Shown here in pieces: positions 26,490 to 39,524 of a stretch of DNA of 64,000 bases (positions within the stretch are counted from its first letter, which is position 1; every line of letters begins with the position of its first letter). The DNA is from Octopus vulgaris. Lineage: Eukaryota. The notes under the pieces were generated by a model. It was not told the DNA's origin and searched no databases. It worked only from the letters and a program-made list of their open reading frames with translations. Location: NCBI GenBank assembly GCA_951406725.2, contig OX597818.1, forward strand, positions 141,608,001 to 141,672,000, read 5' to 3'. The translations under genes and the position numbers were made by a program.

Positions 26490-26800
26490 AATTTCGTTTT
26501 TGGATTTGGTTTGCAAGATTCTTTATATGAGTTCGTGTGTTGAAGCATATTCTGCTGTGTCTGGGGAGAGTCATTTTTCTTTTAGTACCTTATTATTTAA
26601 CACACTCACCGGTAAAATTTCCAGAGAGTCAAAACTATTGAAAAGGTTGCAAGACGCAACGAAAATTTTAGGAAAATAAAAAGTCGAAATAAGTGGAAAT
26701 TTTACCGGTGGGTGTGTTAAATAGTAAGGTACTAAAAGAGAATGACTCTCCCCAGACACAACAGAACATTTAATAAAGATATTAAATAAAAAATACACAT
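26490..26800. mobile_element. Penelope-like pseudo-LTR with inverted duplication
   Basis: Inverted arms of about 73 bp (26549-26623 / 26694-26766) flank a hammerhead-like motif. Confidence 0.65.
26635..26671 (+). ncRNA. Type I hammerhead-like motif with U3:A8 core (UUGAAAA)
   Basis: CTA-TTGAAAA-G-GTTGC-AAGAC-GCAAC-GAAA-AT-TT-TAG. Stem II 5 bp; palindromic AATT stem III with no loop. Confidence 0.6.
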
Positions 26801-27202
26801 CTTTTACACCATATTAATATAAATGATATATACATGTATACATGCAAGAACACACATACACACACTTACTGACAACACAAAGACCCGGTACAGATACTGC
26901 AAAGCATATACTCGACACTACCAGTTCGACCAATCTACGGCATCGTGGATTGGTACTATATTGTGTCTACCATAGTAAGCCGCTCGCTAATCACGATGTT
27001 CTATCCTTTCTCTGTATTGCGTAATGTCTCTTGAAGTCTCACCTGTCTCATATTTTGTTCCTATAACCATCAACTTACAACTATTCAACCTGATCTATGT
27101 ATATAAAATGCATAGGGAGAGTTTACAAAAAAAACAAAAGACGAAGACAGGTGGTGTACAAAACAAACAGGTGTATTAGTATAGCGCTCAGGAATAGAAG
27201 AA

Positions 27203-27244
27203 GTCTTTTACGTTTCGAGCCTACGCTCTTCTACAGAAATGGAC
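27203..27244 (-). ncRNA. Minimal hammerhead-like motif (core CUGUAGA plus extra A)
   Basis: Minus strand: GTCCATTT-CTGTAGA-A-GAGC-GTAG-GCTC-GAAA-CG-TA-AAAGAC; ACGT palindromic stem III. Confidence 0.6.
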
Positions 27245-27485
27245 GCAGAAAAAAACAAGGAGAGAAACAAGTAGAGAAAAAAAAGGAGAGAAAAAACAAG
27301 GGGAGAAAAAAGGAGAGAAAAAAGGAGAGAAAAAAAGGAGAGAAAAAAGAAGAGAAAAAATGCATGTTCAAAATGCCGTGGTGTATGGTCGAATCCAGAA
27401 CCGAATGGTTGCGAATCAAACCTCCTAACACGCCTGCATTTTTCCTACCTAAATAACAAGCAATTTCATTAAAAATAGTAACTAG

Positions 27486-27660
27486 GCGTAGGAGTGGCTG
27501 TGTGGTAAGTAGCTTGCTTACGAGCCACATGGTTCCGGGTTCAGTCCCACTGCGTGACACCTTGGGCAAGTGTCTTCTACTATAGCCTCGGGCCGACCAA
27601 AGCTTTGTGAGTGGATTTGGTAGACGGAAACTGAAAGAAGCCCGTAGTATATATATATGT

Positions 27661-27714
<54 letters not shown>

Positions 27715-27925
27715 TTGTGCGTCAGTGTTTGTCCCCCCCAACATCACTTGAAACCCGACGGTGGTGTGTTTACGTCCCCGTAACTTAGCGGTTCGGCAAA
27801 AGAGACCGATAGAATAAGTACTAGGCTTACACAGAATAATTCCTGGGGTCGATTTGCTCGACTAAAGGCGGTGCTCCAGCATGGCCACAGTCAAATGACT
27901 GAAACAATTAAAAGAGTAAAAGAAT
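27486..27925 (+). mobile_element. SINE family B, full length
   Basis: tRNA-like head with A and B boxes, CORE-like CACCTTGGGCAAGTG, internal (TA)(TG) tract and AAAAGAGT tail. Confidence 0.92.
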
Positions 27926-28485
27926 ATTTAAAGAAAAATAACCTTTAAAATGAGTCTAGAAATGTAAATATTGCTGTCGTCGTGGTCGTCGTAATTGTTG
28001 ATACATCTTTTGCCTCAGGTGAGATCTGGATATAGTAACCTATACTTGCAAAACGTTCCATCCGTGACCATCCCGTTTATTTTTTCAACAGCTGCAATGT
28101 ATTTATCACTACATCATATGATGCGTCATTTCATTAAGTCAGTAGGATATGATTTAAAGAAGATTTGCTTGCTATTTCTAAAAATTCTAACGACTACGTA
28201 AAGGCTTCGTTACGTCGTCCCGAAGTGAATGTATATCAAATGTACATTAATAGCTGACTACAATACATTTATTTATTTCCCATTTTCTGCCTTGTGTTCT
28301 AATCATTTAAATGGATTGCATTTATTTTTCATCAAACAATGTTCAACTCCGCCACACATTGTTTCACTGTCCCACGATAACACAGATTATTTAACCTAGG
28401 GAGTTTGATTTTGTTATAACCATTCTAGCGGACAGCAGTACATTATCTTGTGTTTACTAAATTCCTGTCCAAAACATCAACAGTG

Positions 28486-28517
<32 letters not shown>

Positions 28518-29400
28518 ACAACAAACAATGGTTATTACTAAGCGCAACAACAACTACAACAACTTTGAATTTTGATGCTTCTGACTATCATTCAGCCTTC
28601 TCGAAATCCATATTGGATTATCTTTTACAGACATTAAGGTAATCACGGATGATTGGCAGACAGGACCGAGAATAATACTCCATTGAAATGCAACATCATT
28701 TATTCAAACTCTGCTATTTCCCTCAGGAGACTTCTGTCTTGCACTTGTTACATTTCAAACCGTCAGTGTAACACGCTGATATCTAATCTTTCGTCATGGA
28801 TGTGAATTCTCTATGTTGAAATATAAATTCGAAATGATTCATAGAAGCTGTCGTCTACGCGGCTTAGCTTTACAGTTGATGCATTTGTTAAAGTATTGCT
28901 GTCCACTTGTTCTATGAAAATCAGAATGACTTTATTTTCTCGTTACTGGGAAAGGTGGTTGGTAGCTACGTGAGGATGTGATAGACCTGTGAGTATGTGT
29001 TTAACGCTAGTTATATGAATACTAAAAGTAGAAGCGAAATGGTCCAGTGAGTAAGATATTGATTATCAAATCATGAAGCATAAGTTCAAATTTGCTTCTG
29101 GTGTCTTCATTACACTTTTGCTCATAACTATTATACTATCAACCATTCACAACGGAGAGAGTCTCTACGTCATCACTTGACTACAAAAACTAGTATATAA
29201 ATGTCCCTGAAAATAATTCCACACGTTTTTGTTCAACAAACTATAGAAATTAACACAAGGAAATATGTTAAGTGCGATGTACTAGTGTCATTATTATACT
29301 CTGATATATTCAGACTAGGAACTAATATCTGATGTTATAGTCAGACTAGGGACTTATCTTTGTTGTTTCGGATGGTAAGAAAGCGTCATATCCAAGAAGA

Positions 29401-29529
29401 ACCACCCCCTGCCGGAGCCTCGTAGAGCTTTTAGGTGTTTTCGCTCAATAAACACACACAACGCCCGGTCTGAGAATCGAAACCGCGATCCTGCGACCGC
29501 GAGTCCGCTGCCCTAACCACTAGGCCATT
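29401..29529 (-). mobile_element. Short tRNA-derived SINE, family D
   Basis: Head CAATGGCCTAGTGGTTAGGGCAGCGGACTCGCGG...GGTTTCGATTC; perfect 18-bp TSD GCGTCATATCCAAGAAGA at 29383-29400 and 29530-29547. Confidence 0.88.
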
Positions 29530-29973
29530 GCGTCATATCCAAGAAGAGCTTTGTTTGCAATCTCGTAACTTTCTCAAGAAGTCCAAAGAAATTATATATA
29601 GCAACTAGAATTCTATATGTAACTGCACTGATATGTCGAAAAACAGCGAATTTAAACACTTCACGCATCCCTTTTCTGTCGAAGCTATACTTATCGGAGG
29701 TGAACTCAGACATGAGAGTAAATAAAATGCTCGCCATTTAATCGGTGCTCTCATTGTTTCTAGCAGAGGACAATGCATATACAAGTGATACTATTTTGAA
29801 AGTAGGGATAAATTTGATTGAACGAAAAGCAGTAAATGTTTTGATACCAATTCTAGAAGGTTAAAAAGTAAAGTTTACTCCAAATAGGATTTTAACTCAC
29901 ATCATAGGAAGACAAAAATAGAATTGATTGATATGAAGCTGCTGCTCTACTTTGTCTACTAATCCATTACCAA

Positions 29974-30106
<133 letters not shown>

Positions 30107-30119
30107 ATTATCATTATTA

Positions 30120-30193
30120 TTATTTGAGGGGATATAAATCCAAACTTACTGGGAAAAAATTCATTTTAGAAATACTAAATCAAATTTCGCACA

Positions 30194-30232
<39 letters not shown>

Positions 30233-30377
30233 CCTCTTATCAATTCAAAATGAACAATTGAATTACACCATCTAGAAGATTACATATAATAGAAATATTA
30301 AAATTAAAATAACAATAAAATATCAATCATGAAGGAAATTGCAAAAAAATAATAAAAACGTATAAATTTGGTAGAAT

Positions 30378-30380
<3 letters not shown>
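30120..30380. mobile_element. (TA)n-embedded element related to 60010-60480
   Basis: Shared terminal motif TAAATCCAAACTTAC.GGGAAAAA. Confidence 0.5.
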
Positions 30381-30443
<63 letters not shown>

Positions 30444-30533
30444 TGAATGGAGTAAATGGAGTTGAACGAAGATTGTACAGAATACCTTTTATTACATTCT
30501 ACACATGTTACAAGAAAATTCATCTTTCTATTT

Positions 30534-30579
<46 letters not shown>

Positions 30580-30659
30580 ATAAGATCATTATTTCAAATA
30601 TCGGTCTTATCAAGTGGCCAGCATAAGAATAAAAACCTTCAAAGGTAATAATTATTATT

Positions 30660-30826
30660 AAAATTATAATTTAGGGTATCTAAGAGATACGACCACGCTA
30701 GAAATACCTGCAAAATCTTTGACTCTAATACCACTAGTGCTCTATGAACATTTAATGTGGTTTTAGAGTCAAGATTTGGCTGCTATTTCCAGCGTGGTGG
30801 TATCAGATAGCCTAAATTATAATTTT
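30660..30826. repeat. Imperfect palindrome within a (TA)n-flanked element
   Basis: AAAATTATAATTTAGG...CCACGCTAGAAATA...GACTCTAATACCAC pairs with GTGGTTTTAGAGTC...TATTTCCAGCGTGG...CCTAAATTATAATTTT. Confidence 0.7.
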
Positions 30827-31448
30827 CATATATATATATATATATACAACTTATAAACAAGGGCTAAAGAAAATTATTTCTACGCCAATATGCTGATAAC
30901 AGACTTAAATCGTCAATTTCCACATATTATTTACTCGCTACAGAAAACACGTAGAGCTGAAATCGAGAAAAGCTGGCCAACAGAATTTTTTCCCGGTTTA
31001 ACACCACCACATTATCTCTAGGTGATTTTCGCAGAATCCAGTCTGTTACTAGTATTAACGCTTCGAATACTTTCTCTGTTTTTCTCACTATTTATATTTG
31101 TTCTGAAAGGGTCAAGGTATAAAATGCTAAGGTCAAGCTAATAGATATAAAGTGAATCATATAAGCTCTGTACATGAGAGGGACTAAAATTATCGATCCC
31201 AAAGAATGAACAGCAAATTCAGTCATTAAGAGATTCTAAATTTTGTCGTTGGAGATTGTGTAAGAGCTCGTTAGAGGGACCTTCCGATTTTTGGGTAGTA
31301 GACTTAATCCTTCATCCGGATTAGCACCTTTTGTATGTCACACCACCGAAACCTAATGGATGCGGCAGGATGCTCTCCTCCGTCATTCATCGATGTGGAT
31401 TCTGTTGATGAATTAGCTGAATTACCTGCTCCTGAATTAACGTGTAAC

Positions 31449-31669
31449 TACCCACAAGGGGCTAAACACAGAGAGGACAAACAAGGACAGACAAACGGAT
31501 CAAGTCGATTATATCGACCCCAGTGCGTAACTGGTACTTAATTTATCGACTCCGAAAGGATGAAAGGCAAAGTCAACCTCGGCGGAATTTGAACTCAGAG
31601 CGTAACGGCAGACGAAATACGGCTACGCATTTCGCCCGGCGTGCTAACGTTTCTGCCAGCTCGCCGCCC
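31449..31669 (-). mobile_element. SINE family A
   Basis: Near-identical to 441-667. Confidence 0.9.
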
Positions 31670-32293
31670 TCCAGGCAGGTACTATACCATTAATGTAATC
31701 GTCAGTCAGAACCAACATGACAGAATGTTCGTCAAAGATGTACATTTTTGAATTACTACGCAATTTCATCCAACTAGTTTCTACACAATTTGTATCTACC
31801 CATTTTCACTCACAAGCTATGAGTGAAGACGGTGCAACAGAAAAAATTCTATTTGCCTAAGATGCCACGAAACGTAATCGAACCCGTGACCGTGTTGTTA
31901 GCCATACGGATATAATACTAATTAACTAAAAACCTATAGTACACTCATTACATTAAGTATACTAGCCTTCACTTCAGTAAAGGCTTAACGAACGTCAATA
32001 AAAGCCAGCTTGTCAATAGAAATCATAATTATTTCAGTTTTTTTTTTCTTTTTTGTTCCTGTTGTTGATGTTATTTTTCTCTCTTGCAGTCATTGATATT
32101 TTCCTTATCTCATATCAATCATAATTTCCTTATCAATTCTATTTGCTGTCAGTACGACTGACCACATCACATTAAGGTAACCTTTGAAGTGGATGTTATT
32201 CTACCGGCATACATTTATATTGATACATATACACACGTACACTCACACACATATATACATACATACACACATACACATACATAAAAATATATG

Positions 32294-32378
<85 letters not shown>

Positions 32379-33056
32379 CGAGAGGGGGAAATAGAGGCAT
32401 AGAGAGATGTATATAAATGTTTATACGTTCATATATATATATATACATATGTATAAGTATGTGCATTTATATGTGTATAGGTGTGTGAGTCTCTGTCCGT
32501 CTGTTTGTGTGTGTGTAATGGTCTATTTTACAATTTCATAGCCCGTTCTCACCCATCTCCAGCCCCCTGCTAAGTAAACTTATAAATACTAAAACCGAAA
32601 CAATAATAAATAAATAAATAAATAAATATATCAATAAATAAAATAAATAAATAAATAAAATGAAAGCTACAGTATAGTTCTGACTAAAAGTAAACACAGA
32701 GAAAACTAATTCCAGTCCATCATATAACGTCTGACAACGTTAGCTAATATTAGATGTAATTTGGGTGACAACATTAATTATGGATATCAGCGATGTTCAT
32801 TCTAAAATTCTGATAGAATACGAACCCTATATTTGCCATCTCAAGGTCGAGCACTTTAAAGTGTGATAGTTTAGAAACTGAAAGAAAGAATTTGAGTTTA
32901 TACCGCCTTTCATTTGTCTTGAGAGATTTCATTTCAAATTTTTGGTAAAGTTCAGTGTATAGCACAGGTAGACATTCCTACTGTTTTCTCTTTTCCATTA
33001 TCTGGTGCGTATCTATAATTTATTCACACATGTATGTCAGAAACGGGATATCATGT

Positions 33057-33444
33057 CTAGCAGTATCGCCCGGCGTTTCTCGGGTTTGTTTCAACCCTTA
33101 AGAATTGAAATTTTTGAAAAGTAAAACTTTTGTACTATGTAGCTTGTTATTCTCTTTAAGTGAACATTTTTCTGGTTGAAATACACCGAAAAATGGCGAC
33201 ACAGCAGTCAGATATTCGTAAAAAATAGATATTTTCATAGAAAAAAAGCACCTTTTGATGTAAATAATTTTTGGTCTTAACATGGTCCGATTTGAATTTT
33301 ATCTTCTACGCAATGAAGAGCAAGCCTTCTGTCATACTCTTAATTTTGGTCAACTTGCGCCACAGGGTCTCGGAGGAGATAGTATTAGTTGAAGGCTACC
33401 AAACCTGCCACACACAGACAACTTCAGCTTTATATATAGAGAGA
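33057..33444 (-). mobile_element. Non-autonomous Helitron
   Basis: Minus strand starts TCTCTCTATATATAAAGC and ends ACAAACCCGAGAAACGCCGGGCGATACTGCTAG, matching the 3' end of 6497-6895. Confidence 0.85.
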
Positions 33445-33637
33445 TTATCAACTACGAAAGACGAAGAAAGAATATTGCATTAGAATCCTAAATCTGAAAC
33501 TACAAAAGGAAGTAGTCAACACCATTGCTACAAACAACTTCCTATACACGGATTGCTTCATAACGAATTCGAAAAGTTTGACAACGAAAACGATTATACA
33601 CGATACAAAAACTTCCTTCCAAAGAGTTCGCCTCATC

Positions 33638-33850
33638 TTTTATTCTCTATCTTTTATTCGTTTCGCATAGGAATACGACCATGCTGCAGCACTGCCTTGA
33701 AGATTCTTAGTCGAACAAATCAACCCTAGTACTGATACTTGTTTTATCGGTCTCTTTTTGCTGAACCTCCATATTACAGATATGTAAACAAACCAACGCC
33801 GATGTCAAGATGTGTAGGGTGAGACACAAACACAGACATACGCACATACA
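33638..33850 (-). mobile_element. SINE family B, 3' half, diverged
   Basis: GACCATGCTGCAGCACTGCC...TAGTCGAACAAATCAACCC...ATCGGTCTCTTTTTGCTGAACC. Confidence 0.7.
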
Positions 33851-33856
33851 TATACA

Positions 33857-33916
<60 letters not shown>

Positions 33917-33960
33917 CAAACATATATATGTATATATATGTATATATATGTATATATATG

Positions 33961-34076
<116 letters not shown>

Positions 34077-34219
34077 TTGTGTGTGTGTGTGTGTGTGTAA
34101 GTTACTAGTTTCAGATTTTGGCACAAGCTTAGCAATTTTAGCGGGGGTGCGAATAATCGATTAAATTGACCCCAGTGTCAATCTGGTACTTACATGTATT
34201 CGCCACCTTAAATGTATTG

Positions 34220-34411
34220 TTTTACTCTTTTATTCTTTTATTTGTTTCTTTCATTTGACTGCGGCCATGCCTATTATTTGTAAGCCTGGTACTTATTCTA
34301 TCGTTCTCATTTTGCCGAACCGCTAAGTTACGGGGACGTAAACACATCAGCTTCGCAAGCGATCGAAGGGGATAAACACAGACACAAAGACACGCACAAA
34401 TACATACACAC

Positions 34412-34456
<45 letters not shown>

Positions 34457-34621
34457 CATGCACGACAGGTTTCTTTCAGTTTCCGTCTACCAAATCCACT
34501 CGCAAGGCTTTGGCCGGCCCGAAGATATAAAAGAAGACACTTACTCAAGGTGCCACGCAGTAGGACTGAACCCGACACCGTGTGGCTGGAAAGCAAGCTT
34601 CTTACTACACAGCCATGCCTA
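34220..34621 (-). mobile_element. SINE family B
   Basis: Reverse match with head, microsatellite and tail. Confidence 0.88.
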
Positions 34622-35795
34622 TTAATTATTGACACAGCTACGCTAGAAAGATGGTCCCATGTACTGGAAAATGTGAAGAGCATGTGTGTGTATATGTGCG
34701 TATGTGTATGTGTGTGTGTGTGTGTGTGAGAGAGAGTGTGTGTGAATGTGCACCGTTGGTGACTAAACCAACAACCTCACCAAGCTTACTTGTTGAGAGA
34801 GTGTGATTTTTTGGACACTATGCGGGATGAGAAACAAAACTCGTGAAAGGTCCGAGGAACTCGGGAACATGCCTGTATTAACAGTATCCCTTGTTTATAC
34901 ACGTTCGTTTAATTTGCTTTTATTTTGTTTGCTAATTTGTTTATTTATATCTACTTATTATTTTTCTTTCTCTTTTTGTATTTAATTTAATTTAATTTAT
35001 TTTGTTAATATGTTTAGTCATTTAGTTCCATTTAAATATCTGTGTATTGTATTATATTCATATTATTATCAGTTTATTGGGATCTTATTCTGTCTAAGGT
35101 TGTGGTGTGTTGGCGGTGTGTGCTAGTATTCCATTCTAGATTCCTATTCAGGCTACGTTTATCTGCTATTATGTGTGTAGCTTCCGTATGTTGCGTTTGT
35201 TCAATGTGTGGATAAGATTTTAACTTTTATGTTGTTGAGCGAGCTCCCGTATTCCTGCTCGGCGTGTTGGTACAGGACCGATGAGCTCTCTCTTCCTTAA
35301 GCTCCCTCCAATGCTCAGTTACCCGCTCTCCTATGCTCTGTGTTGTTTCCCCTACGTACGTCGTTGTCTTGTTACTGCACCTTAAGGGTTAGCCACATTT
35401 AGGTGGCAAATGTACCTCACGATGTCGTGCCGCTACGGTTTACATCTCGCTTAGAGATTTATTATTGCTTATATATATATACATATATATATATATACAT
35501 ATATATATTTACATATATACATACATATACATATATACATATACATACATACACATATATTCATATACAAACATATAAATATATATATACATATACATAC
35601 ATATATATACCTATACATACATATAAATATATATATATACATATATATAACTATACATACATATAAATATATACATATACATACACATGTATATATACAC
35701 ATACATATATACACATATATATATATATACACACATATATATATACACATATATAGAAATACATATATATATATATCCATATATATATATAAATA

Positions 35796-35895
<100 letters not shown>

Positions 35896-36479
35896 TTGTT
35901 CTGGTTGCTGCTTTGTTTTTGTAGCAGCAAAACTCATCCAGTTGATCGTAAGTTTTGCATAAGTAAACTCCCTTTAAAAGAATTATTTTTGTTTCGTTTT
36001 ATTATTGACTAAGGATGGGATTTATTCAACATTTTCTTCCATTTAACCGTTGTTTTTAAAACGAATTTAAGATGTCATCGCAAATGTATAATAGCATTAG
36101 CCACTGAAAAAAACAATTTCTTATAGCTTCCTCTCACTATCCCCTTTGCTAACCCAGCGTGCAGCCATGGCAGTAGCAGCAGCAGCAACAACAGCATTAT
36201 GAAAAGCATGAAGAACAAGAACAATGTGCCACGCAATGAAAAGGACAACCATAACGATAGCAACAATCTGCCACACAACGCTACCATAAAATGTTGCAAT
36301 GACTGCAGCAGCAGCAACAACACACCTGACCAAAACAAACACCGCTTTCGCTAGATCAACGCAAATTTACGCATTCAATGCAGCGCCATAACTACTATAA
36401 AAAAAATTGTTTATATTATATACAAATCAATGGACAAACTGCAAATTTTCTTTAAATTGCAACACTTGGGATTAGAAGA

Positions 36480-37270
36480 TGTATGAAAGTTAATCAAAAT
36501 AGAAACATAGAAATCTAGTTGTGTTAATGAGCAAAGTCGTAATTTGAAATCTGTTCGTAAAACTCTGGGAAAACACATGAGATTTAATATATAGCAAATA
36601 ATGAGTGGCTGTGGTGTTTTAGAAACAGGTATGGTATTGTAAACAAGAAAGCCTCTTCTGATTTGTTTAATTATAGATATTTCCCGGGTTGAACTATATT
36701 GAGAATTTATAAGTGAATTTATTATAACAGAGGGCTTTTGATTCTTTTCTCGCTGTTACAGTGCCAATGAAACTCGCCCCTTGCATCGCTTGTTTTTGTA
36801 AATACTTTGGACTAAATACATGAATGGAGCCCTCTTGGTAGCAAGTTAAATAAAGACCAAATGTTTGTCTGGATATGGATAAAGTATATTGGTTTCATAT
36901 ATCTAAAGCATTATCTAAAGCCCCTGGTTGTAGGGAAATCAAAGACACCATACACGCAAAGATGTTATGGAACTGTCATCTCTTATACACATCAGCTAAA
37001 AGATCGCATGGTTTATTTCATAGACTATTTCGACTGGTTTATCAACCAGTTTGTCCCTGATACACTTCAGGACAGTTATAGCGGTGACATCTTGATGATT
37101 GTCACCGCTATTCTAAAGACATTTTTACTTCTTGATGATGCACGGCACATCCTAATGCAACGAAATTAATAAGGATGTTAGAAGCAAAAATCTCTTGTTA
37201 TACCTTATCGCATCTTCGGTAATTCAGACAACAAATCAAGGAATAATTGTTGTCAGGTTAAGGCTGGTTA
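36480..37270 (+). mobile_element. Highly degenerate LINE RT remnant
   Basis: Weak peptide echoes (ISKAL, YSGDI as a YADD-like motif) with many frameshifts. Confidence 0.35.
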
Positions 37271-37368
37271 AGAAGATTTTTCTAAGACTATACGCATACA
37301 TAAATATGTATATACACATACATACATGTACATAGACACATAATGAAGACATATATATACCTACATAC

Positions 37369-37401
<33 letters not shown>

Positions 37402-37502
37402 CATACATACATACACATATATAAATATATAAATATATATATATATATATATACATATATATACACATGCCTACATGCATTTACGCATAAATACATATAA
37501 AT

Positions 37503-39189
37503 AGGCGCAGGAGTTGCTGTATGATAAGTAGATTGCTTACCTCACCACAGAAGAGTTCGCATTTTATATGCTGCATGGAAGTCACGTCTTTCGACGTGTA
37601 AAGTTGAACATTTGAAGCCCGACCACAGGTAAGGCATTTGTTTTTTGGGAGGCTTAGTGAAGTCTGATTGGGTCGGGTCAAAAGCAATTTTGACCTTATG
37701 GGTCCAATCAGCCGATGATGTGGTTCTACCAGAATTTTTAACATTGGCCGGTTCCAGGTACCCGGTGATAGCTGAGGGATGCCCCTCCCGAAGTGTCACC
37801 TGTGCATGGAATCGGGCCACATAAAGAAGAACTGTCGCCAGGCAAATGTCGTGGAACAGCTAATTGATGAAGAACTCCCTGTTCCCCCAACAGAGCCTTC
37901 TGATTATCTGTTGGAGAAAGAGAGGGAGAAGGTCGAAGAGGAGGTATCCTCCTCGAAAAAATAAATAAAAAGAAAGAAGGTGGGCAACAATAGTTGCCCA
38001 CCGATGGATCCCGAGGAGGCGGGAGGGAAGGAGGGATCTACATACAAGCCGGAGGAACCTCACCCTCCCACCGTGAAAAAGAGAAAAAAAAAGGAAAAAC
38101 GGTGCCTCGCCGGCGGCGGCATGCCCCGAAACCCCTTTGATGGCAGGTGTGCCATCGGAGGGAGAGAAGATAGAAACCTCGTCGTTGGGATGTGTGTCAC
38201 AGAGCGAGGGAGTTGAGGCGCCTCTCGGTGAAAGTGGTGAAGAATATATATGTTCTTATACCTCTGGGGAGGGGCTATTGACAACTTCGTAGAAACGGAG
38301 TTGCATAGGCGGGTTCTGATGGACCCGACTTTTACTCACAGTCCAGAGTGGCCTCCGCAGGAGGCTGCTCTGGTACTGGAAAAAAAGTACTGTAATTTTA
38401 TTATTAACTCATTTAAAAACGATAAATATGGAATGCGTTTTTGGTCCCCGGATTGTATAAAAGCCTACAGATCGCAAGAGACCTGCTCGGGGAAGGGTTG
38501 AGGAGGTTAAATGCCTCAAATTTGAATATAAATTGTATATTGTATTTTATGAACTTTTTTAAGTCCAAATATTATATTTTAAAAATTACAAGAGGGTTAA
38601 GACCTCAGTTTATGTGTTTTGTAAAGATCAATGTTATAGGGAAGCAGAGGGTCGGCGGGTGCTTTCTGGCTTCTCCAATCTTTTTCATTAGTGTATCATT
38701 ATCATTCATCTCATTAATGCTTGTGTCCAGCCCGCAAAGCTACATTATCTGTGTTCTGTTTTTTGGCAATCTAAGAAATAAAGTAGAATACTTACGAAAC
38801 ACATGGCTCCGGGTTCGGTCTCTCTGCATGGCACCTTCGGCAAGTGTCTTCTACTAAAGCCTCAAGCCGACTAAATCTTTGTGAGTGGATTTGGTTGCCG
38901 GAAACCGAAAGACGCCCGTTGTATATATATGTGTGTGTGTGTGTGTGTGTGATTGTGTGTGTGTGTGTGTGCGTGCATGCGTTTGTGTGTCTGTGTTTGT
39001 CCCCCCACCCCCAACATCTTTTGAGAACCGATGGTAGTTGTGCTGACGTCCCCGTAAGCTAGTGGTTCGGCAAAGAGGCTTTTTGTACTAGGCTTACAAA
39101 AAATAATTCCTGGGGTCGATTTGCTCGACTAAAAGCGGTGCTCCTGCATGGCCATAGTCAAATGACTAAAGCAAATAAAAGAATAAAAG

Positions 39190-39192
<3 letters not shown>
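37503..39192 (+). mobile_element. SINE family B split by a 1.24-kb insertion
   Basis: The head at 37503-37540 resumes at 38796 (GAAACACATGGCTCCGGGTTC...) and continues to the tail. Confidence 0.85.
37541..38780 (+). mobile_element. 5'-truncated non-LTR retro-insertion with L1/Tx1-like ORF1 (CCHC zinc knuckle) and no RT
   Basis: CHLCMESGHIKKNC (CX2CX4HX4C) at about 37794-37835, basic and acidic tracts, A-rich end; 15-bp TSD with 2 mismatches (37526-37540 / 38781-38795). Confidence 0.7.
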
Positions 39193-39239
<47 letters not shown>

Positions 39240-39524
39240 CCTGCTCGAAAGTGTTGGTCAAAATAATATATGCAGTTTCGTTTAGAAGACATTTGTGGAA
39301 AGAGCTGCTCAATGGGATGGAAACTGGAACCACGTCTTTACTACGCTATCTTCATAAACACAAGCCTCCACTACACATACCCCAACTTCTTAAAAACATG
39401 AGTACTTGTACAAAAACATTTCATAACTGGAGAATAATTGTGTGAAGGGGAGCTTACCCACAGCCACCAATTTGATATTGACCTCTATACAACACACACT
39501 GCATAATCACTGCCTTATTTCCTC

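Noticed and set aside
28631-28638. Possible 8-nt micro-exon (TTTTACAG|ACATTAAG|GTAATC)
   Set aside because: Such motifs arise by chance in AT-rich DNA; no supporting gene context.
29401-29529. Functional tRNA gene
   Set aside because: No complete cloverleaf, a non-tRNA 3' body and a TSD; it is a SINE.
32090-32178. Exon-like segment encoding a signal-peptide-like stretch
   Set aside because: All three frames from the acceptor contain a stop and there is no in-frame ATG.
35375-35420. Hammerhead-like hairpin GCCAC-ATTTAG-GTGGC
   Set aside because: Core nucleotides on both sides are too degenerate to call.
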